A stretch of DNA of 64,000 nt, taken from IMG/VR virus record IMGVR_UViG_3300011271_000002, positions 1 through 64,000 of that record, one strand, 5' to 3'. This DNA comes from a virus. Positions 18,506-26,552 of the stretch are shown piece after piece. Positions within the stretch are counted from its first letter, which is position 1. Every line of letters starts with the position of its first letter. The notes below the pieces were generated by a model. That model was not told where the DNA came from, searched no databases, and worked only from the letters and a program-made list of their open reading frames with translations. The position numbers were made by a program, and so were the translations under genes.

Positions 18506-18763
18506 TCAACCCTTCCGGCGCCGGCGTGGCGGCGTCTCCGAGATTGGGGGCCTCACCGTCGGCTTCGGGCGCACCGCGCGCTCCAGGGCCCCAACGCGCA
18601 TCGCCGTTTCCTGCGGGATGTCTTGCCGGATCCGCTCGAGCGGCACATTCATCGGAGTTGGTTTCGTTCTCACGTTCTCATTTCCGCAATTCAGACAGAT
18701 CGCCGGCTGGCCTTGCTCGTAACCGAACTGCCGAAAACAATAATCGCACGTGGTCTCGATCAT
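18506..18763 (-). CDS. small zinc-ribbon head-module protein
   Basis: CxxC...CxxC, ETAM/ERAV tail; synteny. Confidence 0.55.
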   Translation of the reverse strand: MIETTCDYCFRQFGYEQGQPAICLNCGNENVRTKPTPMNVPLERIRQDIPQETAMRVGALERAVRPKPTVRPPISETPPRRRRKG

Positions 18764-18815
18764 GAGTCGCTGGCGGCCACGCGGGCAGCCGCCAATACGA
18801 TGGTATCGCGCGCGA

Positions 18816-19163
18816 TTAGCTCAGCGTGCAGCCAATGGCGCTCTGCATGTACCATGAGCCGTTGTAAGCTACCAGTTCCACCGCGCTCCCAATATTGGCC
18901 GCGAAGGTAGCAATGTGCAGGGCTCCATTCAGACCGCTGGCAGGCGTCGTGATGGTGTGGGCGGCGGCGGTCGTAGATATGATTCGGAGAACCGAGCCGT
19001 CATCTGTGCCAACTGTCGGCAAAGGCAACGTCAGGGCGGCCGCCGTGCTCTTGGTGATGACGGCGGTTGCCTTCTTGATCCCAATTGCGCCATCCGCGGA
19101 TTCGATTTCGATACCGCAGATTTGTACAGGCGTTGAATAATCTGGTGAAGTTTTCGCGTTCAC
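18816..19163 (-). CDS. capsid decoration / head fibre-like protein
   Basis: Ala/Thr-rich beta protein just downstream of the capsid gene; AAAGGAG RBS. Confidence 0.6.
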   Translation of the reverse strand: MNAKTSPDYSTPVQICGIEIESADGAIGIKKATAVITKSTAAALTLPLPTVGTDDGSVLRIISTTAAAHTITTPASGLNGALHIATFAANIGSAVELVAYNGSWYMQSAIGCTLS

Positions 19164-19191
19164 AACTGTCTCCTTTTTGTTAACATAATTG

Positions 19192-19256
19192 ACGGGATAG
19201 GAGCGGACTAATTACCCACTCCGAAAAGCTGAGGTTCCCTGCCTTAGCACTCCCCG
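19192..19256 (+). ncRNA. candidate structured leader RNA upstream of HNH gene
   Basis: CGGGA/TCCCCG closing stem; GGAGCGG/CCACTCC and GCTGAGG/CCTTAGC hairpins. Confidence 0.4.
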
Positions 19257-19293
19257 ATTTGTCGCCTAGGGACTGCATTTGAGGGAGATGCGG

Positions 19294-19983
19294 ATGCCAT
19301 CGAAAGATAAGACGCGCGCGCGCGAACGCCAGAAGAGTTATCGCGAACGCCATCCAGAGCGTGTTACCGCGGCCGTTAAAGCATCGAGAGCCAAACATCC
19401 CGAGACGATGAGGGCATGGGAAAGACGCTACAACGCTGATCACCCAGAAGAGATTCTTGAGAGATCTCGCCGCTACGAAAAAAGGCACGTCGAAAAGCGC
19501 CGAAAGCAATCTCGCGAACGTCAGAAACAATGGCGCAAGGACCATCCATAGGAAGCCCGCGAGCGTGATCGTCTTAGATGGAAAACCAGCGAAAGCCGCC
19601 GTAAACGGACCACCGAAAGGGCGCGATTGTGGCGCCAAAATAATCCCGAGGAAGCGCGTCGAAGAGAGCAGCAAACTCGTAGTAGACATCCAGAAACTGC
19701 AAGGGCTGGCAGTGTAAATCGGAAGGCCCGATTCAAGAACGCTCCCGGTCGTCACAGCGGCAAGGACATCAGGCGGATATACGAAGAACAGGAACATCGA
19801 TGCGCCGCGCCACACTGTCGTGCCGATATCAGCAATCGTCGCTATCACGTCGATCATATCCTCCCATTGAAACTACACGGTTCGAATTGGCCGGAAAACA
19901 TTCAACTCCTATGCCCGAAATGCAATCTTAGAAAGCAGGCCAAGCATCCAGAAGATTGGCTGAGAGAAAATCGGCTCATCTGA
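19294..19983 (+). pseudogene. HNH endonuclease interrupted by in-frame TAG at 19549-19551
   Basis: the 19279 and 19627 ORFs share a frame; repeated (H/N)PE motifs; C-terminal C..C..HVDHI.PL..G.N...N.QLLC..CN. Confidence 0.75.
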
Positions 19984-20008
19984 AATAATCCGCAGACGAG
20001 CCGATTTC
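19966..20008 (-). terminator. hairpin terminator after major capsid gene
   Basis: AAATCGGCTC/GAGCCGATTT inverted repeat followed by TTTTCTCTC on the minus strand. Confidence 0.55.
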
Positions 20009-20017
20009 ACGCGATGG

Positions 20018-21430
20018 CTAGTACACCGTCTGTTGGAAACGGATTGGGTGGGTTCCGGCGTCCAACATCTGACCGTCGATTCTCATGAATGCGACGAAGG
20101 CCACAATTCCCTGATCCGCAAATCGCTCATCCAGGCGAATGACCGACATGTCTTTAACGCGCCTCACCATATATTTCGAGAGTTGACCGAACAGCATCGT
20201 CTTGTTGGTGACTGGCGGGCTGGTTGCCGCGCTCTGTTGATTTACCATGTCGTTGTTCACTTCGTAAAAATACGAATTGATGGTGTCCGGTGTCTGGACG
20301 GCCAGTCCTGGTAGCCACAATGGACGTCCAAATTTGTCCTTTAATGTCTTGAGTTGACGGAGAACGAGATCGTTCATCATGTAACGAGCGCCAGGCCGAT
20401 ACAGGATATCGACCGAGTGCTCCAGATTGATAAGATCGTCCGAGCCGGTTGTGTTGGCGCCAGCGCTTGTGCCATCGTTCGAAGATGAGCCGACCGCTGT
20501 TGAACCCAGCGTAGAGCCTGTTACAATTCCAGTCGGCTCCGTGGTTCCAACCCCGATGGTCAAGCGCTGATTGGCGATTCTTCCCAGCCGGTTTCCGAAT
20601 TGTTCGATCAGAAATATGGGTAGATCAAAGGCCGAATCCTGCAGCAGTTCGAGGGGAACCTTCACCAGCTTCGAAGAGTATTTCCAGGCACCGAACATGA
20701 TCATACCGAGCGTTGGGTCTTGTGTCGTGACCTGCTGGCCTTCGCCGACCTGTTCGCCCATGACCGCCGTGTCGTTCGAAGTTGGATAGGGCAGCGGCTG
20801 GCCCGTGGCCGTGTCAAATATTGTGGGCAATCCCACGCCGCCCTTCAGCATCGGCCCATAATATTTGAGGGCCTGTTCGATGTCATAAATGAAACCGACA
20901 GGAACGAACGTGGCCCCGAGTCCCTGTGTTACGCCGGGATAAGCGCCGAGCCCACCGGCGCCGAGGTCACGCAATTCTGCGACGCCCTCGGAACGCAATT
21001 GCTGATTGACCATTTTCAACACTTCCGGGTCCATGGCGCGGCGACAGTTGGAAAGCAATGCCTGATCATCGCCGGAAATTCCAGGCATGTGATGACCTGA
21101 TCCTGTATTGCGAGGGGACCACCCGAACTTCATATACCTGACCCAGGCGTCATACTTCCGTTTTTCGACCTTCACTGGGTCATCGCTTCCGCCGTGATCG
21201 ATTTGATCGTTTGGCGGCCGGCCGCCGTTGCCGCGATGTTCGGTATCGATGGTGTCCGCGCGCTCCAGAAGATTGATCTGCGCCAGAAGATCGTCAACCT
21301 CATCGTACATTTTGTTGGCTGCCGTCCGATCCTCTTTGGTGTTGTTCGGCTTGTTTGCCAATTCGAAGGCCTGCACGCTCAATCTCTTGCGTTCCTCGCG
21401 AAGCTGCCGAGCCTTGATAAGTTCTGCCAT
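20018..21430 (-). CDS. HK97-family major capsid protein with N-terminal delta domain
   Basis: coiled-coil N-terminus, VGEGQ, KVPLELLQDSAFD, G.GT.EP.GI, LKDKFGRPLW, FGQLSKY, RLDERFA; start ATG 21430 after AAAGGGAG. Confidence 0.95.
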   Translation of the reverse strand: MAELIKARQLREERKRLSVQAFELANKPNNTKEDRTAANKMYDEVDDLLAQINLLERADTIDTEHRGNGGRPPNDQIDHGGSDDPVKVEKRKYDAWVRYMKFGWSPRNTGSGHHMPGISGDDQALLSNCRRAMDPEVLKMVNQQLRSEGVAELRDLGAGGLGAYPGVTQGLGATFVPVGFIYDIEQALKYYGPMLKGGVGLPTIFDTATGQPLPYPTSNDTAVMGEQVGEGQQVTTQDPTLGMIMFGAWKYSSKLVKVPLELLQDSAFDLPIFLIEQFGNRLGRIANQRLTIGVGTTEPTGIVTGSTLGSTAVGSSSNDGTSAGANTTGSDDLINLEHSVDILYRPGARYMMNDLVLRQLKTLKDKFGRPLWLPGLAVQTPDTINSYFYEVNNDMVNQQSAATSPPVTNKTMLFGQLSKYMVRRVKDMSVIRLDERFADQGIVAFVAFMRIDGQMLDAGTHPIRFQQTVY

Positions 21431-21590
21431 AATCTGTTTCTCCCTTTGGCTGAAAATTTGTTGGTGAGTAGGAAGACTCACGAGCTTTGGCAGCCATCTC
21501 TCGCCGGGCGGCGAGGGCCTTACCTTCTGATAATCGCGCCCTGTCGTTCAGGACCAGCGGCAACCCGCGGCGCGCTATCAGCAGAAATTA

Positions 21591-21620
21591 AGCATAAGCC
21601 TATTTGGAGACTTATGTCAA
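21591..21620 (-). promoter_or_regulatory. promoter of capsid gene with overlapping palindrome
   Basis: TTGACA-18nt-TATGCT; CATAAG-N12-CTTATG inverted repeat at 21593-21616. Confidence 0.6.
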
Positions 21621-21671
21621 TAACCAGCGGCACACATTGCGATATAGCAGTTCAGTGTGGTAGTAGAAGAA

Positions 21672-22367
21672 ATGCCTTATGATCTGGATTACTACAAACG
21701 ATGGCGAAAGGTTAATCGCCCACGCAAGCACAAGTGGTGTTCGAGTTGTTCCGTTGAACTGGCCGGGAAGGGCGGCTCCAAGCGATGTCTTGAATGCCGA
21801 ACGAAGAGGGCGGTTGAAACACTGGAGGCTAGATTTTTCAGATACGTCGAAAAAACTGAGACTTGCTGGCTTTGGAAACTCGGTCTTGATGGGGGCGGGT
21901 ATGGAAGAATGCGCGTGGACGGAGTATTGCATTACGCGCATCACGTATCGTATTTCATTACTAATGGATGTTGGCCACCGAAGGGCAAACATCTGCACCA
22001 TAAAGTTAAAGAGGGGTGCGTCGGGCCGCGCTGCGTTAATCACGATCATCTCACACTACTCTACCCAAAGGAACACGTTCACGCAGATGGGACGTGTCCA
22101 GCGGCTCTCAATGCCATTAAGACTCACTGTAAGCATGGGCATCCGCTTTCTGGAGACAATATACGCAAGGTCAAGGCGGGAAGAAGTTGCTGGGTTTGCG
22201 TTAGGGCCTATCGGCTCAAGCGTCGTAAAGTAAAACAGGCATACAACAAAATATACTACGAGAGAAACAAGGAATCCATATTGGAGCGCAATCGAATGCT
22301 GTACGCAAAAAAAATGGAGAATTACAAACCAGCAATCACTCTTATTGCACCATCGAAGCCGCTCTAG
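21672..22367 (+). CDS. free-standing HNH endonuclease
   Basis: CWLW..GYG...AHHVSY..HLHH..C.NHDHL, KTHCKHGH zinc motif. Confidence 0.85.
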   Translation: MPYDLDYYKRWRKVNRPRKHKWCSSCSVELAGKGGSKRCLECRTKRAVETLEARFFRYVEKTETCWLWKLGLDGGGYGRMRVDGVLHYAHHVSYFITNGCWPPKGKHLHHKVKEGCVGPRCVNHDHLTLLYPKEHVHADGTCPAALNAIKTHCKHGHPLSGDNIRKVKAGRSCWVCVRAYRLKRRKVKQAYNKIYYERNKESILERNRMLYAKKMENYKPAITLIAPSKPL

Positions 22368-23985
22368 CGCGGAGTTGCAAGCGCTCCCGCTCAACATCGA
22401 TCTCCGCGACATTGGACGGCGCCGCCCTCAGCAATTCCGGCACATTCCGGTAGACCTGCAGCACATGGGACCGCCGCGCCAAATCCAATAGTGTCGCGCT
22501 GCGGGCAGAGTCTTCCTCGCCCGGCGTGGTGATCTCGGTGGCGAATCCCTTATCCATGCAGTCCTGTGCGCTCATCCAAGTTTCGCCGTCGAGCATGGCC
22601 TGGATTTCCTCGGCCGAATTGCCAGTGCGCGCCACGTAGGTCTGGGCGATTGACTGCGATATCTTCTCCAGGACATCGGCGACCTTCCGTAGATCCGAGG
22701 CATAACCCCAAGCCATTGTTGAGGCATTGTGGATCATCAGCATGGCATTGGGCGCCATGCTGATCACGTCGCCGCACATGGCCACGACGGAAGCTGCGGA
22801 GGCGGCCAGGCCGTCAATGCAAGTCTCCACCGGTTTGCCAAGCGACCGGACGAAGTTACCGATACAGACTCCCTCGAAGGCATCACCGCCGAAGGAATTT
22901 ATTCTGAGTTTCAACTTCGAATAGGTGCCAGCCTGATCCACCTGGGCCTTGATCCATTTCGCCGTGATGCCATCGCCATACCAGGATTCGCCGATGTCGC
23001 CGTAGAGAAGCAATTCCAGCGTGTCAGCGTCTTTTTCACTGGCTGCCCGGAACGCGGGCACCACTCCCGAATTGGCGAGCATTGCGCGATCGGCTTGAAT
23101 CGCTTCATGCAAATTCCCGGTCCTGCTTTTCACGATCCGAAGACCGGCTATCGCGCGATTGCGGCGGGCGACGTTATGCGCCTTATCGTCCCAATTGGCA
23201 TCGCAATTAACATCCTCGCACTCGGTGTTGGTGCAGTTGTCGCAGTTGCCTGCGACGCAAGATTCGCAGGTGCATTCGCAGAGCTCGTTACGCTTTTCTA
23301 CTGGCCGGGCAAGCGCGGCAGCCGCGCACGTTTCGAGGTGGCTCGAGATTTCCTCCGGAATACCGTCCGGGAACAATGTACGCAGTGAAACAGCGGCCGA
23401 TGTTTGACTGTAGGTGGGATAGGTCACGATGCTGACGTCGCCAATGTCCAAGTCGAGGAGCTCGCGAAGCTCCATTGCCTTGTTTTGCGGATCCTGGCTC
23501 CAGCGCTGCCCGTCCTTGCCGTGAACCGTAAAGGCGAAGCTGCAGCCGCTGATGTCGCCGCGTTCCAACGATTGCTCGAGATCGCGTTCGTAAGTTCGGC
23601 TGCCCATCAACGTTTTGAAACCGAGACCGATTTCGTCCTCAAATAATTCGGTCGTGCCCTGGGTGCCCGTTCGGCCTAAAAGAAGGCTGGGGTCATGGTT
23701 TATCAGGTGCCGCACATCCTGCCGTTCGGAGATCGCTCGGCTGAACGCGCCCGGCCGGATGATCTCCTGGAAGCGGCCATGTTTGTCGGCGAGAATCTCG
23801 CTTCTGGAATTGAACGGCGCGGCGTGACCGGTAAAATACTTCTTGCCGTCCTCGCCGGACTCGATGCGGAACTCCATAGCCTGGAAGCTACGCACTTCCT
23901 TTGGGATCACGGTGATCTCGGAAATGCGAAGCGGCGGTTTCAGCGGCGTGGGCCGCGAAGCAGGATCAGCGAGTTTCAGTGCCAT
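22342..23985 (-). CDS. HK97-type prohead protease fused to ClpP-like protease
   Basis: GHAAPFN, LINHD..LLGRT, GCSFAF, VSIVTYP; then RINSFGG, IDGLAASAAS, LMIHNA, ETWMSA. Confidence 0.9.
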   Translation of the reverse strand: MALKLADPASRPTPLKPPLRISEITVIPKEVRSFQAMEFRIESGEDGKKYFTGHAAPFNSRSEILADKHGRFQEIIRPGAFSRAISERQDVRHLINHDPSLLLGRTGTQGTTELFEDEIGLGFKTLMGSRTYERDLEQSLERGDISGCSFAFTVHGKDGQRWSQDPQNKAMELRELLDLDIGDVSIVTYPTYSQTSAAVSLRTLFPDGIPEEISSHLETCAAAALARPVEKRNELCECTCESCVAGNCDNCTNTECEDVNCDANWDDKAHNVARRNRAIAGLRIVKSRTGNLHEAIQADRAMLANSGVVPAFRAASEKDADTLELLLYGDIGESWYGDGITAKWIKAQVDQAGTYSKLKLRINSFGGDAFEGVCIGNFVRSLGKPVETCIDGLAASAASVVAMCGDVISMAPNAMLMIHNASTMAWGYASDLRKVADVLEKISQSIAQTYVARTGNSAEEIQAMLDGETWMSAQDCMDKGFATEITTPGEEDSARSATLLDLARRSHVLQVYRNVPELLRAAPSNVAEIDVERERLQLRARAASMVQ

Positions 23986-24012
23986 GATTCAAACTCCTAT
24001 CGATGAGATTTC

Positions 24013-24483
24013 TTAGAGCTTCTCCGCGATGTAATCCTTTTCGGTCAGCGTCGCTATCAGCCGAAGTTGTTTCTCGAACCATTGCTGATGATCGCGATGC
24101 CATTTGATGAGATGCTCCCACAAATTACGAGATAGATCGTCCTTGGCGGCGCTGGCGGTGACTACGTTAGTTTCGTAGAGATCGCAGATCTGAACCACCA
24201 TGGCTAGCGAATCGGTGATGATCGCGGTCACTGAGCCCGGTTGGCCTACGGGAGCCGGCTGGTAGGGCGAGCCGGTTCCGTCGCCGCTCAAAAATAAGAG
24301 TTGATTGGTGACGGCCTTCAGCCACGAGTGTGCATCGTCGGCGAAACCCGTGAATTTGTTGCCCAGTTTTTTGAGTCCGTCAAAACGCAATAGCCTGGCG
24401 TTCATTCGGTATTGCAAATTCAAATGCGCTTCGAGCGGCAGCGCGTCCTGGAAATTCTTGATAACGGTTGGATTACCCCTCAT
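24013..24483 (-). CDS. bacterioferritin/ferritin-like four-helix-bundle protein
   Basis: MRGNPTVI..LE...QY..AR...GLKKL...H....LLFL and D.LSR.L.E...H..W.E.QL.LI match the Bfr pattern. Confidence 0.75.
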   Translation of the reverse strand: MRGNPTVIKNFQDALPLEAHLNLQYRMNARLLRFDGLKKLGNKFTGFADDAHSWLKAVTNQLLFLSGDGTGSPYQPAPVGQPGSVTAIITDSLAMVVQICDLYETNVVTASAAKDDLSRNLWEHLIKWHRDHQQWFEKQLRLIATLTEKDYIAEKL

Positions 24484-26552
24484 CGGTTGCTCCTTCAATC
24501 ATCTCATCGAACATCTTAGCCTTGTGCGTTGCCGCCTCGCGGAACACGGCAATCCGGATTGCCTGAATTGCCCGGCCCAATTCCCGATCCACGATTTCGT
24601 CTAACTCACTAGCATCCCACTTTCCGGAGCGCTTTGTCATGCCGCCGATGTATTCGCCGATGAAGCGGTCGACAACGGCGCCGTAATCGCCCGTCACGTC
24701 AAATTCCCGAATAGCCTGCATATCGGCGACGCTACGGATCGCTTCCAGAATAGGCCCTAAACATCGTGTCAATGCGCCGGCATCTTTGCGCCTGCTCGCT
24801 AGAAAGCGCTGGCAACCGTCGCGAAATAGACCGGAATAGAGAGTTTTGATGGCATCCGGCGCCGGGGTTGTTTTCTTCTTGGATCCGCCAGCGCCACCCT
24901 CCGGAACGGTCCCGTGCCCGGCGCCGTCCTGGAACGTAGGATCGATCGGTGTCGACGTGAGCGTCATGTTTACCGGCATCCAATATTCTTCTGCGGTTGG
25001 ATCGTCGATCGGATTCAATTTCTCCATGCCGTGAATGTCGTTCGAATTCAAATAGCCCCATTGCTTGCCGCTGGCATACAGCTTCTCCCGCGAGGCCGCG
25101 TCAGGCCGCAACATTTCGGAAAGGTCGAAGTCAAGATAGAAGGGACTCCGCGGCGTCCGGCCGAGCCCGCGGTGAGGGAAAAGTTTCCGTTTGGCTTCGT
25201 TGACGATAGCGGAAAGCCACGGCCCGAAACAGAATTCCTTCAACTCCTGGGCGAGCTGCTCGGTCATCGCGCGACCTTTGTCAGTTTCCCCGACCATGTG
25301 CGGCGGCACATGGAAGAGTGCGCAGATTTCATTGCGACTGAACTTGCGGGTCTCGATGGTCTGCGCCTCCTGTGGGTTGTTTGACATCGGCGTGAATTTG
25401 AACCCCGGTGGCATCACCGCGACTCGATGAGCGTTTTCGCCGCCTTGCGCTTCCATCCAGGATCGCTTCGATTGTTCCTTGTCGGCGGCCAACATGTTCA
25501 TGGGCATTTCGAGGATGCCGCCCGGCTTGGCAAAGTTGGCGAAATACTTGGCGCCGAATTTTTCAGTCGCCAGCGCCAGCCCGATTGTTTGCCGCGCCAG
25601 CCAAACCACGCTCTGCCCGATGCGGCCATCAAAACTGAGGCCAGGCACGTGCAGCATGTCCTCCATGGCAATGAATCTGACTGAATGGGATTTCGCATCC
25701 AGTTCCGATTGGTCCATGTTGTCGATGCCATCGGTGGTCTGATAAACCATCGTGCCCGCCGGCAGGTTCAGTGGGAACGGGCGCCATGGTACCGCCTCGA
25801 GCCTCACTGCGGTCGTTAGCCGTCTCGGTCGGGTCTTGCCGGGATTGCGCGGCCACAACGCCACGATGCCGTTGCCCTCGTCCCGCTGCAGCTCGATGTA
25901 GCCATTGCTCCATGCGAGACAATGACACATGAACGCCTTCCACATCGTGTTGCCCGACATCTCATCGTTTGGCTCGAGCGCCACCAGGTCATAGTAGTCA
26001 TGCTCGTAAGCGATTCGATGCCGCTCGCGGCCGGCGTCGGATTGTGAACGCTCGAACACGTGGCGCGGCAGCGAGGAGATCTTGCCGGCGATGATGTCCA
26101 CACAGGCGAGGAAGGTCGTGGTTTGAAACGCAACGAGTTCGGATACACGCGTCCCGCTATCTGTGCGTCCACCCTGAAAGCAAATTGTTGCGCGCCGCCC
26201 GCATCCGGCGACGCTCTGCATATTCCTATGCAGATCAGACTATATCTTCAATCTTTCGATTGCCGCGCGCTTCGGGGCCGCTGGCCCCTACTCCCTTTCG
26301 GGATAGTCGTTACACCTTCCTCATCACTGAGGCTCGGCTCGGGATTGTCCGTTCTGGAGTTTCCCCGAGTTCACGCGGTTACGACACATTCAAAGTTTAT
26401 GTCGAGTAGCCACTCAGCCGGAATATGAAGTATCGAGTGGCCGCTGCTGTCCCTTCCGGCCTTCAGGACAGGGGCGTCTGTGGATTTTCCAAACTGCTTC
26501 GATCTTCTCTAATCGGAGCAGTCCAGTCGCGCCCAATTACTGCTAGGCTCAT
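24473..26552 (-). CDS. HK97-family portal protein, three exons: 26552-26465, 26423-26399, 26180-24473 (606 aa if spliced)
   Basis: GGGAGG RBS and ATG at 26552; joined sequence RSSLENPQTPLSFPAEWLLDIFQGGRTDSGTRVSE; body has ACVDIIA..ISSLP, PND.MS, GNGY-like, MLHV.GL.FDG..G.S, FAN.AKPGGIL, EICALFHVPP. Confidence 0.9.
26181..26398 (-). ncRNA. ORF-less group I self-splicing intron (IA2-like), 218 nt
   Basis: P1 CGACAU/GUGUCG with U-G at the splice site; P3 CCGCGU/GCGCGG; P4 CUCGGG/CCCGAG; P7 GACUAU/AUAGUC with S element AAGAUAUAGUC; P7.1, P7.2, P8 and P9 hairpins; terminal omega-G; removal restores the frame. Confidence 0.93.
26424..26464 (-). other. 41-nt coreless insert (putative satellite mini-intron) in portal gene
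   Basis: creates in-frame TGA and a frameshift; contains GCCGGAAGGGACAG, complementary to the ligated junction CUGUCCU|UUCCGGC. Confidence 0.8.

Noticed and set aside
19549-19551. Genome-wide TAG reassignment
   Set aside because: TAG terminates several intact genes, including the capsid gene; only one in-frame case was seen.
19180-19857. Long antisense ORFs (e.g. 19180-19857, 17893-18765, 49793-50344, 1092-1874)
   Set aside because: They shadow well-supported genes on the other strand or frame and have no recognisable motifs.
26181-26221. Portal start at 26221 as given in the ORF track
   Set aside because: This ATG lies in the P9 hairpin of the intron; the true start with an RBS and the conserved ENP motif is at 26552.
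26424-26465. Translational bypassing (T4 gene 60-like hop) over the 41-nt insert
   Set aside because: A stop follows TCC, but the only matching TCC downstream is in the wrong frame (TCC GGC TGA). Only a near-cognate TCG is in frame. The junction-spanning guide with a U-G wobble fits excision better. Not fully excluded.
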